A stretch of DNA of 64,000 nucleotides from Octopus sinensis. Its lineage: Eukaryota. The stretch's first letter is position 1; the number at the start of each line of letters is the position of its first letter. The translations under genes were made by a program, and so were the position numbers. Where the stretch lies: NCBI RefSeq assembly GCF_006345805.1, contig NC_042998.1, positions 116,560,001 through 116,624,000 on the forward strand, given 5' to 3'. The notes beneath the pieces were generated by a model. The model was not told the DNA's origin and ran no database searches. It saw only the letters and a list, made by a program, of their open reading frames with translations. This document shows positions 1 to 13,320 of the stretch, one piece after another.

Positions 1-602
1 TTCATATTTTACATTTCCAGTGCTTATGATATTTGGCATTGCAGTGTGGCTACTATCTACGTTTTCCTAACGTATTTTGTCTTTTAGGTGTTCTATTTCT
101 ATTTCTGATATTTGTTTTCTGTTGAGAATATATCTCCTTATGTTGGCTAGTTTATTAAAGTTCATTGCTGTATCCAAATCTTCTAGTTAATTTTCTTCTA
201 GATTTTATATGTATATGCTGGTGTGTTTCCGTTCTGTGGGTAGAGCACTGCTGTAAAATAAGCGTGTAGTATTGAAATATATTCCATTTATACGTTTTGA
301 TTTTTATTTGTGGAACATGAGGAATAATTTCCAGCCCGTTATTTTGATAGTCGTCATTTTCGAAGAGTGCCAATCTGTTAATTTCTGGTGTTAAATCGTT
401 CTGTAATTATTGTGTAACAAATTTAAGTTATGTACATCCCGTTTGGTATCCAATTTTTCAAGGTGGTTCTGGATGGGAAATGTCTGATATTGATTGGATC
501 TTAATTAGACGAGCGTGTTTACACGTGTTGTGCGAGTGATGGAGATAATACACGGTTAAAATACTTCATTTGGAATATAGAAAAAAATTAATGAATATCA
601 CT

Positions 603-719
603 TACTTGGGTATAATCATTATTATTATCATTATCATTATTATTGTTATTATTATTGTTGTTGTTGTTACTGCTGTTGTTGTTATTATCATTATTATTAT
701 TATTATTATTATCATTATT

Positions 720-764
<45 letters not shown>

Positions 765-800
765 GTTATTATTATTATTATGACCATGGTAGTTGTTGTT
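603..800. repeat. Compound trinucleotide microsatellite (ATT/ATC/GTT)n
   Basis: Continuous attattatc/gttgttgtt/attattatt array; it explains the poly-I and poly-N ORFs at 570-980. Confidence 0.97.
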
Positions 801-1119
801 CTTCTTGCTGTTTTGTCTTTGTTTTATTGGCACTATAGTCGTAATTCTTAATATTATTAAAATTATTAACATTTTTTCTATTGCGGTATGAAGAACCATT
901 TTGACAACATTGTAAAATTTTGCTCTGTTTGAATTGCAATATTCTCTGATAAGCATAGCACTGCAAACATTGACAGACACGAACTATTTTCTAGGCAAAT
1001 AGTATTAGTCTGAAATATTTCATTGGAAATGCAGTGACAGCTTGAACGAGATGCTTTTTTAGAAAATTTTCTGATTTTACTTTTTAGTTTTTCTTCACTA
1101 TAATGCATGAAGGAAAATA

Positions 1120-1253
1120 TCATACGTGTATATGTATATGTAAATCTATACGTATACATACATGTACACAGGCGCGCACACACACATACACAGACGTATA
1201 TATATATGCGTATGTATGTGTTTGTATACTTATACATACATATATATACATGG

Positions 1254-1326
<73 letters not shown>

Positions 1327-1422
1327 ATGTGTATGCTTATATATAAAGATATACACACATATAGATATACATACACGCAGAGAGAGAAGGAGTATGTGTG
1401 TCCGTGAGAGAGAGAGAGAGGG
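1120..1422. repeat. Compound dinucleotide microsatellite (CA)/(TA)n/(TG)n/(GA)n
   Basis: Directly visible; main (TA)n run at about 1254-1310. Confidence 0.95.
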
Positions 1423-1569
1423 AGACAGGTAGAAGTAACATGCTTCAAAATATTAGTACAATGGTTGTTTTTTTTCGTAGAAGACAATGCTCCAGAATTG
1501 CCGCAAACTAGTTACTCAAAATATTAAAGCAATAAGACATAACATATATATATATATATATATATATAT

Positions 1570-1760
1570 GTAGCAGATTCAAAATATGATCGCGTGTGTA
1601 CCGTTGGATCTTTCCTTTTCCTATGTTTCTGACGAAGAGCTTCGCTCGAAACGTTAAGCCCTCCTTCTTTCCTTCTTTCCTGAGCGTCCAATAATACTAT
1701 ACTTGTCCCACGTCCTCGCGTTGTTGTGTTTTCTCTTTGTGTTTTCATGTTTAGATTAAT
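1570..1760 (+). mobile_element. Penelope-like element (PLE) terminal remnant carrying a hammerhead motif
   Basis: About 190-bp segment between TA runs containing CTGACGAAGAGCTTCGCTCGAAACGTT and a pyrimidine-rich tail. CTGANGAAG...CGAAACGT is the characteristic PLE terminal motif. Confidence 0.65.
1625..1659 (+). ncRNA. Minimal type I hammerhead ribozyme (PLE-associated variant)
   Basis: Core CUGACGA (1629-35) plus an extra A; stem II GAGC/GCUC (1637-40/1644-47); GAAA (1648-51); AC-GU-U with palindromic AACGUU in place of stem III; stem I GUUU/AAGC (1625-28/1656-59). Confidence 0.65.
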
Positions 1761-1768
1761 TATATATA

Positions 1769-1870
1769 GCAGTGGTGGTTCTGTGTTAAGTAACTTGCTT
1801 GCCAACCACATGGCTCCGCGTTCACTCCGACTGCGTAGCACCTTGGGCATGTGTTTTCAACTATATCATC
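1769..1870 (+). mobile_element. SINE family B (CORE-like, possibly OR2-related), 5' fragment
   Basis: Similar to the head of the intact copy at 21536-21991 (aaccacatgg...ctgcgtagcaccttgggcatgtg). Confidence 0.8.
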
Positions 1871-2295
1871 GAGCCAACCAAATGATCGTTTCCTCCTGGC
1901 CGGTTATACCAAAATGACAACTGTTACAAAATGAAAACCGTATGCTTTTTTGCTTTCTTGTATGTGATATATATTATTTCTTACATGCCATCAAACTTTC
2001 ACATGAGATCAATACAGATAACGAAATATTCAATAACACTCTCTTACCAAAACTGTACTAATTTCCCAACATATTATAAAAGTAATTGCAAGGTCTGAAC
2101 TTAAGTAGAAAAGGATAGGTATTTAGTATGCCGTTAAAACTACAAATCTGAAGCTTTCTGGGGTTTACTGAGGAATCTTTTTCTGAAAAGTCGTTCAATT
2201 TTGAGCGGAATGTTTGACATTTCTTCCTTACTTGAAGCTTTCGAGTCTGATCAGTTGTCTGTAATGAATTAGCGTTGGAAAATGAATTATATATA

Positions 2296-3522
2296 CAGGA
2301 GTTTGACAAAATAATGGAAAAATCATTAAAATTTCAAACAAATTTATATTAATACGGGTAGGACCATCTTTGGCAGTAATTACAGCTTGAATTCTACGCC
2401 GTATGGACCCTTACAAATTTTGAATTGTTTCCAAAGGAATTTGTGTCCATTCTTCAGCTAAAACAGTCTCTAGCACTTGTAGTGATGATAGCAGATGATA
2501 TCGATTCCTTCTTTTTTTTTCTAAAATGCATCATAAATACTCAATTTGAGAACTTGAGAGTGTGGTGACCACATAATATGTTCAACTTCACTAGAATGTT
2601 CCTCGTGTCATTCAATAATAACTTTAGCTGTATGAATTGGTGCATTATCATCCTGAAAGTGTGAGCCCATCCCCTGAAACAATTCCGCAACCATAGGATG
2701 AATGTGATCAGATAAAATGCTTAAATTTTGACTATTAACTCTGCCATGAACGGAAAGCATTGGGCCGGTGGATTTCCAAAATATAGCTCCAGCAGATCAA
2801 CAGAGATCCTCCTCCATATTTAACAGTTAGAAGAAGACAGCCTGGGTCAAATGCTTCTTTTGGCTGTCTTTACACATATACTCGACCGGTGATCGGAAAT
2901 AAGGTAAACGATGACTCGTCCGAGAAAATAACATTTTTCCACTGCTCTACGGACCAATTCTGTAAACGCTTTGCAACGTTTGTTTTTGAAAGTTGTGGTT
3001 TTCTGATTGCAGCCCACCTGTGAAATCCGGCTTAGTGCAGCTCCCAGCGTACAGTTTTTTGTGGAAACTGGGTTCTCGATGTGGTCATTAAGCTCTGCAT
3101 TAATTTTAGGAGCTGTACAATTTGCGTAAGAGTCTGACGATCCCTATCAGAATGTTTTGTTTTTTCAGGGGTTTTGTTTGGATGAGGAGGTTTTCCCTCT
3201 TTCTCAAAGGTTATCATTCTTTTCGAGACAGCACTTTTTGATACACCAAACCTTTCGTCTATTTTAGTTACGCTAGCGCCTGCCATACGAAAACCAACAA
3301 TTTGACCTCTTCGAAAGTCCGATAGGTCTGTCATTTTAATGAATTTTGATTAACATTTTCTGAGGATATCTATACAGAAACAGCAATTTTAGCAGAACAT
3401 ATTAAGCAACACTAATAATAAACCAAAGACATAATAATAAATGAGCATTTGACAATTTTATAGATATTTCGACATTATGATGCAATGATTCTAGGTGTTC
3501 CCATTATTTTTTCCAACCCCTG
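2296..3522 (-). mobile_element. Tc1-family DNA transposon, full length (1227 bp), degenerate
   Basis: TIRs caggagtttgacaaaataatggaaaaatc (2296) and caggggttggaaaaaataatgggaacacc (reverse complement, ending 3522), 23/29 identical. TA target duplication at 2294-95 and 3523-24. Confidence 0.93.
2340..3334 (-). pseudogene. Tc1 transposase pseudogene (DD34E type), frameshifted
   Basis: Minus-strand translation gives MTDLSDFRRGQIVG.RMAGASVTK (N-terminal HTH), NVIFSDESSF (about 2925), FQDDNAPIHT (about 2650) and a degenerate W-P--S--L--IE motif (about 2550). Confidence 0.9.
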
Positions 3523-3747
3523 TATATTCAGGAGATCAAAATTGCTACTACTGGTATATATTATATTACAAACGCAAAGATCCGCTTCGTCACTATCCTT
3601 GTGTCGAGTAGCAATTTCACAGAGGAAACAATGTGATAATTTTCAGTATGCACTTGTGTTGCTATTTCCTCCCTGGTCAGTTATAAGTGCTAGATTGATT
3701 TTTATTTCTGTTCTTCCAGTGCAAGCACAGTGTGATTCTACACACAC

Positions 3748-3749
3748 AA

Positions 3750-3838
<89 letters not shown>
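3748..3838. repeat. (CA)n-(TA)n compound microsatellite
   Basis: Directly visible. Confidence 0.97.
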
Positions 3839-3840
<2 letters not shown>

Positions 3841-4410
3841 ATATTATCTAACGCATAATTTTCAATGATTTTTATAGTGTGATTTATAGAGACAACTGTT
3901 TGCTAGTCGAGAATTGAGAGTTGTATTGAGAATTAAATATACAAAAATACATATATGTGTGAACGCGCTTGCTTCTATGTGTGTGCGTGTGCGTGTGTGT
4001 ATATGTATCTGTAGTCTAATATATGGATTCATAGCATCACGTTGCAATCAAAGAAAACTCCTCTAACTGGCAAGGATAGGAGACCACACATGACAGAAAA
4101 AAATGCAGTGTTCTATGCAGATCAAATTAATAAAACATATATAATAATATATAATCATAATAATATAATATATTATATGTTTTATTCATCTTTTGGTACT
4201 TTTTGTGATCTAGTTATATGTTTTATAGTATATTTTATTGTTTATTAATGATGTGGTTTATGTCTATCATTGTTTGAATTGAATAATAGTGGTTCTTCTC
4301 TAATTTATATATATATATATTATATATTTATATTGTGAAATTTGATTTAAAACTAAATTGAATTTTTCCCTGTAAGTTTGGAGTTATACTCTCTAATATT
4401 ATTTTTATTA

Positions 4411-4415
4411 TATAT

Positions 4416-4455
<40 letters not shown>

Positions 4456-4590
4456 GTGAGTGTGTGTGTGTGTGTGTGTGCGTGTGTGTGTGCGTGTGTG
4501 TGCAGCGAGAGAGAGAGAGAGGAGAGTTAGTGAGAGCGAGAAATTGAAAGAAAGAGAGAAAAAGAGAGAGAGGTGTAGATAGATAGGATA
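4411..4590. repeat. (TA)n-(TG)n-(GA)n compound microsatellite
   Basis: Directly visible. Confidence 0.95.
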
Positions 4591-6274
4591 CATAGAGTGA
4601 TAGGTATGATTCTCCATGAAATTTGATGTCATTTACAGGATAGCTAAGTATAGGAGTTGACCAGATATTTGAATCCTCTCCGTCAAACAATGGAAATCCG
4701 CCATCGTCATACACTGTTTTCACTCATGCTACTTCAGTTAATGAAACTTTTAATCAGTGATATTAGCAATTATCTTTTTTTTTCTTTTCCCTTTGCACAT
4801 GGTTAGTGCAGGGTACGTATTTTGTTGATCCTGAAACTGGAGAGGCAAGCGCAAACAATGTGTGTATTGAATGCATAGCAATTATTGACTGGTGACAGAA
4901 AGCCACACACTGTGGGACAGCATAACTGGTAATATAAACAACAGTACATATATATGCTTTCTGTTTTGGCAACTCAAGAAACTATGAAGCAATTGCAACG
5001 CATAAGACTTCCAAAAATACAGTGATACTTATAAATGTAAATTCTATAGTTATAAGGTAATCATTTGAATTCGGAACATTTTGTTTGAATGCATACAGCT
5101 TCTTGTAATATATCATATTTAGCTATACAACTGTTGAGTTTTTTTATGTATTACATTCTTAACACAATTTTCAGAAGTTTCACATGTGACATACTTCGTA
5201 TTGATTCATTTTTGTGGTCAACTGTACTTTAATTTTAAATTTAACAACATCAAAGGCACGTCACATTGTGTGACGAAGTCCAAGATACACATATGTTTTT
5301 GGTAATTAAAGATGGAATGTCCAGGCTTAGAAGGTCATGCGTATTGAATCAGATCGGTACTCTGACTAATTATGAAAGTAAATATTCAACCGCAGTTGGA
5401 AGTGTCCAAGAATAGATCGTGGTGTATATTAGTTATTCAGAGTATTCCATCTGACACTCAATGGAAAACGTTATTCAAAACACAATGTAAATGAAGATAT
5501 AACTCATTAATAAAAGCTCTTACTTCTCCATTCCTTCATCTGAAATCCCACCATAGTGCAATTGATTAACAATGGATCTGTTAAAATGAATTTTTACCCT
5601 ATAATCAAGAATATCTTATTGCTTTCGGAAGAATGCATGGATTTAGTTGATTTACATGAGTTTAGTCGCTACAATAGAAATATCGCGATTCAATGCAATG
5701 CTCAATCATTTGTCACATGAGTAGTTTCTAACATAGCAATGAAATACCATTTCCTAAAATACTTGATATTGGAATAACAATGTTGTATGATACAAATAAT
5801 ACACGACTATAGTGTCCTCAACTTTTTCTGAATTCATAGATTATCAACTATGTTTATAGATTTTACAGTTATACTTATCAAAGCATGCTAGTGAATTTAA
5901 AGAGTTACTGCTATTCAAAGATAGTTTCCATGGTTTTACTGCTATAACTATAACAATATTGTTTTGTCTTGTAGTTACAGCAATAAAAGTAATAATTATA
6001 TTGCTGTAATTATCAAAGTATGATAATATATGTGTTTATACATATGCAACAAAATATCTATTCCACACACATACCTCTACACATAAACATAAGTATATGT
6101 ATATGTATAAACATACATGCAAAATACAATTAAATGGTCCCATATTTCGGTAGCGAAATTTGTGTAATGGCCATAGGATAAAATATGGTGACTAGTGCAT
6201 ATTTATTGATATTTGGTGATATACTATTTAAGAATTCCAAGAAAAGCCTCTCTCTCTCTCCATCGCTTTTACTT

Positions 6275-6306
<32 letters not shown>

Positions 6307-9300
6307 ACGCACACACATCACATACTCTAAACATGTAAGTAAATAAAATACACCATATTTCAAAGTTGCTCTCTTAATAGCAGGAGCAATTTCTTGATTC
6401 GTGTAATGACCAAAATATCTTTGTTTGGCGTGAGCAAGATGACTTCCAGTTTTATAGAATTAGTAGAATAAGTACATACTGTTGAATTAGTTAAAACAGT
6501 CTTATAGTATTCGACAATCTATATACATAAACCCTATTTATTTTACTATTCTGCACTACAAGTATACAGTTTAACATTATTTTTCACTTGGTCCATATAC
6601 TATACAATGGCTGTCATTGATAAACATTTGATGGTCTGGATATCACGGCTTCAACATCACATAATTCAGTATCACGATAAGCTATATACACCGAAAAAAC
6701 GGAGAAGTTACACCGTAATATCTTTATTAAGATACATAAATATTTCTAAACCTATATTGATGTGTTCATGCATTCATGAATACATACATACATACATAGT
6801 TATTTACGTTTGTGTGCTTATATGTGAGTGCATGTGTGTGCATCACACATGGGTATTACATTTGCATATCTTTCAAACAATGTACCGTTGATATGATATT
6901 CTGTAACACTGAAATCAAATGGTAAGCCTTCGACATTTGAAACATTATTTACTCATTTTATATTATTCCCCATTTTATGATTCGCCTTTTCTACTTATGT
7001 GTAACAACCAGTATTAATCTTTCTGTGTTCTTCAAGGATGACACGATCTTAAAGAAAAAGAGAATCCAGTATAAACTTTTATCGAGTTAATTTCCTCCTT
7101 TGTGAATATAAATTAGAAATGTATGAAGTTGTAGTAAAAAAAAAATAGAGGGTTATTCGTAGTGAAAAGAATTCACTGAAACAGAATTTGATTAATGGAA
7201 ATATATGGAAATTGCTTTCAGGCCTTTTCGTTTTTGTAGAGAAAATTGCAAATTTGTAATGACTGTTTAAATAGGGACGAGAATGAAAGCTAAGTAAAGG
7301 ACGATCAAGTGCTGGGAATACTAGATGTCTTAATATTTAATGACAGACAGGGAAAAACAATGATCTAGACTATTTACATTTGTACACAAATTTGCACATC
7401 TACTTTGAACATGACTTCTCTGGAAGAAGTAGTATGTGTATTCATGTGTGTGTGAGCGTGTGTGGAGGCCTGTGCGGCGTGTGTATGTGTGTGTCACTGT
7501 GTGTGCGTGGGTGTGTACGTGAATCTTAGGAAGTCTTTTAATGTATGTGCGTATGACAACAGTTAACACATGTGCATGAATTTAATAGATTACATTCATG
7601 AAAACAAATAGATACGCACGTTCATACTGGATAGTATCATTGGAACATTAAGCATATGTCCCACTGTATTTGCATGCTGGCTCCGATTCTCTGCGTTACA
7701 AGTTCAAAACTAGCTGGGGAAAAATTTTCACATATATCCCTTCGTGTGATTAAAAGACAAGTAGAAACAGAGTGCAAGAAATTGCAGTAATTGATAGTGT
7801 CATTCACATAAAAGTCGGAGACAAGCATTTTCTTGAAAAAAAAAAAGATTTTCCGCGGCATTAGTTTACGCATGCTTACGTGTGGTCAAAATTCCATTAG
7901 ACGTTGTGTGACTATGTTTTTGTGTATATGTATGGGTACATATTCATAGATACACGCACACACACATACACGACCACATAAGCTCGTCCTTTTACTTTAG
8001 TTATTCCATTGTTGTTAAATGTTAACGCATAGAAGGAAATGTATTCAAGTTTATGATTGATTATAAATAAACAAGTACGACTTTTCGCCAAATAATGTTT
8101 GTAGTTGTATAAAATACGGATTTCTCAGAATAATGTAGAAAATATATAGTGTAGCATTCATGGAGGGAGATTTTACAAAATGAAAACTAACCTCATACAA
8201 TTTTATAAAAATCCAAAATAAAAATACTAAAATTTCATTTGTTTTGTAAAGGAAATTGTGAGTGCGAAAACGAAAAATAATAAAGAACGTGATTTTTTGT
8301 TGATATGCAAGATGAAAATATAAAAAGTGAAAATAAAATTGTATAAAATTTAACAAAGGTCAGGAAATGACTTTTAGAAAATTCGAAATGGGAATTGAAC
8401 AAAACATTTTCATTCATGTGAATTACATCGAGGAATTCTCTATAAAAATATTAAGTATACATTGCTTCACAAATAAGGTGGGATATAGATAAAAGAGAAT
8501 TGAATACAACTCTATAAAGCGTTGACTCCCTGTGGCTCTTTTGTGAAATAATCAGTTTTAATACATGAATTATTCTATCTTAATTTCTTTTTTTTTTTAC
8601 TTCTCTATCATTTTATCTTCTTAATGTCATTCATATTGTTCTCATCTTTCAATTATTCTACAATCGTTGCAGCGGTCCATGTTCCTCTTGGACTAAGAGT
8701 ATTATTGAAAATATTTCACTAGAATTGTGTGGATGTAAATTTTTACTAAATCACACGCTGATCTTTACAAAAAATCCTACTGTGGTGTAATTTAAACTGT
8801 TTACTTCCTCATCGAAAACACTTTTAATTTGAAATTTATTCGAAAGTAATATATACTCGATTGTTTGAAATAAAAATAACCAGAAGCTGCAGATGAATTA
8901 AAACATTTCGTAAATATTATCTTCTAGTCTTTTCAATACTACTGATACACAACTAAATTAGAGGATAAAAATCCCCATGAAAATAATCAGTGAATCATTG
9001 AAATTCATCAAAAAATATTTACATTCTAATGCCAAGTCGTCCTCAACAGGATTAAAATTTATAACGTTAAATGAAATGAAAACATATGCCAATCATTTCG
9101 GTGCATCACTGCGCATATTTTCTTGTGTATAGATTTCCTGCCATCTGAATAACATTTCTTGGATTAAACCTCAAACGTTTGCTTTCATGAGGTTACAATT
9201 TTCAGAATATACAACTCCTCTGGATAACTTTTGATCAACGCTTCTAAAGCAAACTTTATTTACGCTCATCTTAATTTGAATTTAACGTATGGTAGCGTCT

Positions 9301-9352
9301 CATAAAGCGAGACTTCTATATATCTTAAATTTGCGGAAGAACTTGTGGTGTG

Positions 9353-9431
9353 GGCGGTTTAGCTTAATGTTTGAGAGCACCGCGACGCGTAATCACAGAT
9401 GTGTGAGTTCGAGTCTCATAACCGGCCGCCA
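9353..9431 (+). pseudogene. tRNA-like sequence (Thr-CGT-like pseudogene or isolated SINE head)
   Basis: Cloverleaf: acceptor GGCGGTT/AACCGGC (6/7); D stem GCTT/GAGC; anticodon loop CGCGTAA; T arm GTGAG-TTCGAGT-CTCAT; 3' GCCA then a T run. Defects: G at position 33, two C.A mismatches in the anticodon stem, no D-loop GG. Confidence 0.6.
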
Positions 9432-12400
9432 ACACGTTTTTCTTCAAAATAGGGTAGGTTATCCTGTTCAGACTATATTATTAGCCTCATCATGCGTTTG
9501 AGAATTTAAAATCACTTCTTTAACTTTCCTATATATGCGTATATATTTGTATGATTTGTTTGTTTGTATGTAAACGCACACTTACAAACACACACATACA
9601 CAAATATATTTGTACGTATGAATTTATGTATCTCTAAACGTAAACAATTGAATGCACATGACAACATTGTATTTATTAATAAGTTACAGTTGTTGTGAAA
9701 ATTAGGACGTAATTACATAGAAAGAATAGCATACCTTTTTATACTAAATTTAATGAAAACGATTTGGAAGGATCTATGTTTCTCAGTCACCTTAATTTCG
9801 AAGACCTACTGAGCTTTCTTCGAGTAAGACGAGTTGCATAAGCTTAAAATGTTAGTAATTCTTCGGTTTCGCTAATTTGACGATTAAAATTAGATGGAGT
9901 TAAAATAAATAAAAAGTATTTGACAAAATTTTGCCCGTACTATCAATATGTGTTGAACTGCATTTATGTCTAAAGACATTAGAAGTAACTTATTAGTTTA
10001 AAAGTTTAAATGACAGGGATGATATTGAAGTTATGCAAATAGACCTTTCTAGATTATATTCATATATTTTCTCTGTGATCTCCAACAAATCTTTTATTTT
10101 CACTATACAGAACAACCAATTATCGAGAAAGTATTTATATATATTATCAACTAGGAGAACATTTACTGAATTCGAAAGTAAATAAGGACTGCCAAAACGA
10201 TTTTTCTTATAACCATGGGAACGAATGACGCAGTGAAACAACCACCTGACGACGCGTGCCACATTCAAGGAGCGTTTTCTGATATGGTCTACATAGGAAC
10301 GCTACTTATTTCCCCTTCTGTGAAGGTAATGACGAAAATACACAGTCGAATAGAAAAAAAGCTCGGAAATTTCTTCGTAAACGGACTGTGAGTTTCTTTC
10401 GAAAACAACTCAATGGTAGGTACCATCTTAGAAGCAAAAATAAAATGTATGCAGTCCTTTATTGTACACAAATAAATGTGTTTTGGAGTCCCCTCCCGGT
10501 AGTATGTGTAAAACTAATACACTAAACAATGTTTTATAAGATAATAATCCAAATAGTTTACGTAAAATAGGGGGCAGAATAAATGCCTGTAAATAATCAA
10601 TATCTCATAATAATAATTTAGCGTGTGAATAGCAGCATCAGCGTGAAGCAGTGGTGAGAAATAAAGGAACTTTATGTTAGTTAAAATATATTTGTGACAT
10701 ATTTTAACTTCTAAAGGAAAGTTCACAGCAGGTACCGTGGAGAAAAAAATTATCTCTTAAAGTAAAATGTAGGAAACCAACATAGTTGCCCTCTGCTCTC
10801 CCTTAGTTGATTTCCAGGCGCGATTCTGGCTCTTTACGCTTTCTTAATGGGAAATATCGGAGAGAGATAACTCTGAACAGATTCAAAGTCGTACCTTTTT
10901 CTTAAAAATTTTCAGCATCAATGACTGAGTTGAATTCGTAGACCTCCTGGTCAGAAAAAAACTACCAGCATTAGAGCCAAGCAATAAGGAATATTTTTCT
11001 TTTCATGCAGCCTAGTTCTACAGATACATTCAGGGAAATTACTACTGAGAGAAAATTTTCATTTTTGGAGAAAGGTGTAAAATTACCCTAAGCGACCAGT
11101 GTTTCTCCCTAGCAGAATCCTTGACGCGAGAATTTTAAAAGAGAATTTTCTTCTCCTTAGTACGCGCAGTGTGTATACCTTTAGAAGTTAAAATATTCCA
11201 CAAAAATATATTTTAACTAGATAAAAGTTCATTATAGTAAATGAGGTAATAAAACACGAAAAGTTCCATTCAAATTTAGATGCATAACCATATGCATTCC
11301 TCAAAAGCAAAATACAGTTTCTTTGCGATTTACTAGCTAAATTGGATTCCCCCTACAACCAAATGACTATTGATTACTCAGTTTTGTGGTCAATTATGCA
11401 TACTGGGGATAGCTGTAATTCATGTTCTGTAGAGGCATAATCTAGACTATTTAATATTCGTAACGAATTATTGTTCTAGTGTTAACACCAATGCAAAAAA
11501 AAATCTTATATCATTTACTTAAGTTCTCTAATATAAATAGATTTAATGTCTATAGTCTTTGAGTTTCTCTGTCTTCATCACAGTTAGAAATTGTCTTTTG
11601 TATCTAAATACTTTCCTTTTAAATGAATTTCTATATAACTAATCATATATACCTCCAGTAATTTTAGTTTAGAAATTCCGTCTGCTCAATAATATTGAGC
11701 CATAATTCTCATACCGCCTTATAGCTTTATTATGTATTTTTTATTTTAATAACATGGCCTTATTTTTTAAAACTTTATGTATAACTCGATTTCTCTCCTT
11801 ATATTTCTATTCATATTACTGACAATTCCAAGAATGTAGTAGTAAACTGTGACCTTTTTGAACATTTCCATCTTATCCCATTATCATCTTATCTGCCCAC
11901 CAGCATATGCGCTAACAGTAAATTTTTCCGTTCCCAGAACCTATCAGTTGCCGTGACTGTCTAAAATAGATCTAAATAATTTTTACTAAGATGACACTTT
12001 GTCTTCATAGTTACTCAATTTTGGTGTTTCTCTCAAAAAGTTAGATGAGTACACAAAAAATTCGTGTAGCATTAAATTCATTCCTAAGCCAAATCAATGT
12101 TAAGATGTATGGCAAAACTGAATTACATGTTCATCGATATTACCGCAGTTTTCTTCAGCTAAATTTTAATAATAAAGCAAGGCTCAACACGAATGTATAA
12201 GCCTGCCCGAGCTCTGAAACAGTGTCTATGAATCCAACTTTTGATGTGATCTTCTGAAATACGAGTGAACAATAAAAACTTCCTCTCTTCAGATTTTCAC
12301 TAACTATTAGAAAAGTTTCTATGATTCTGTAAAATATTGAATAACAACTCAATCGAGTTGGCAAAATACCACCTTAAAATGATGTATTAACTAAAAACCC

Positions 12401-12719
12401 AACAATAAGCTGTTTCCTGTATAAAGATTGACAAAATAAACATTCCTTTCTTTCCTTAAAATTATTACGACAGCATTATAGCGGTTCAAAACATACACCA
12501 GTGGAAATAATTTTCATTGCTTCACTATTCATTTGTAAGCAACAATATTAGAAGGCGAAGAGGGAAATAAAAAACTTGTAGTGGATTTATACAGTCAGAT
12601 TTTCTAGAATTTATTTACATCCCAAAATATACCTTATGAGAAAACGAACTACCCATCGGACAGTGTACACGCGCGCGTTCGTGTATCTATACATGCGTCT
12701 GTTTATATATACGAGTACA

Positions 12720-12729
12720 TGTACAAATA

Positions 12730-12804
<75 letters not shown>

Positions 12805-12830
12805 AGAGAGAGAGAGAGAGAGAGAGATAG
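12720..12830. repeat. (TA)n-(GA)n microsatellite
   Basis: Directly visible. Confidence 0.97.
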
Positions 12831-13034
12831 ACTTACACGCATATATTCGCAGAGAAACGTATAGAATCTATTTATGCATCTAGCCACATTTTAGATAGAT
12901 AGGTAGATAGATAGATGGATATAAAGAAAGAGAGAAAGAGAGAGAAAGACAGAGCGAGAATGTGATCCTGGTATATTTGCTAATGAAATGAAAAACTAAA
13001 TTACAAAAAAATGCGCTATAATACACGATATTAT

Positions 13035-13250
13035 AGATTTCAAATTTAGCACAAGACCAGCAATTCATGAGGCGGGATTCATTTGATTACATTGATTCCA
13101 GAGCTCATCTGGTACTTATTTTATTGATCCTGAAAGAATGGGAGGCAATGTCAACCTCGGTGGAATTTGAACTCAAAACGTAGAAACAGACGAAATGCGG
13201 CCAAGCATTTTGGTCGGCATAATAGTTATTCTACAAGCTCGCTGACTTAC
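13035..13250 (-). mobile_element. SINE family A
   Basis: Reverse complement matches 26171-26404 (ttcaaattccaccgaggttgac...aataagtaccag). Confidence 0.85.
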
Positions 13251-13320
13251 AATTGACAATATGTTTAAGACTAAACTGGCCCCTGAATCAACAAAAGCAT
13301 ACGTCTGAACTAAAACTGCA

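Noticed and set aside
1-560. Minus-strand ORF 155-373 as a retroelement (PLE RT C-terminus) or host exon
   Set aside because: Only faint motifs (GYSNEL, RKHT); nothing diagnostic that I can support.
570-980. Poly-Ile and poly-Asn ORFs as real proteins
   Set aside because: They are translations of the (ATT)n microsatellite.
4600-4930. Protein-like open frames (VKTVYDDGGFPLFDGEDSNIWSTP on -, GTYFVDPETGEAS on +)
   Set aside because: No recognisable family, poor splice sites, and competing frames on both strands; the minus ORF runs into microsatellite.
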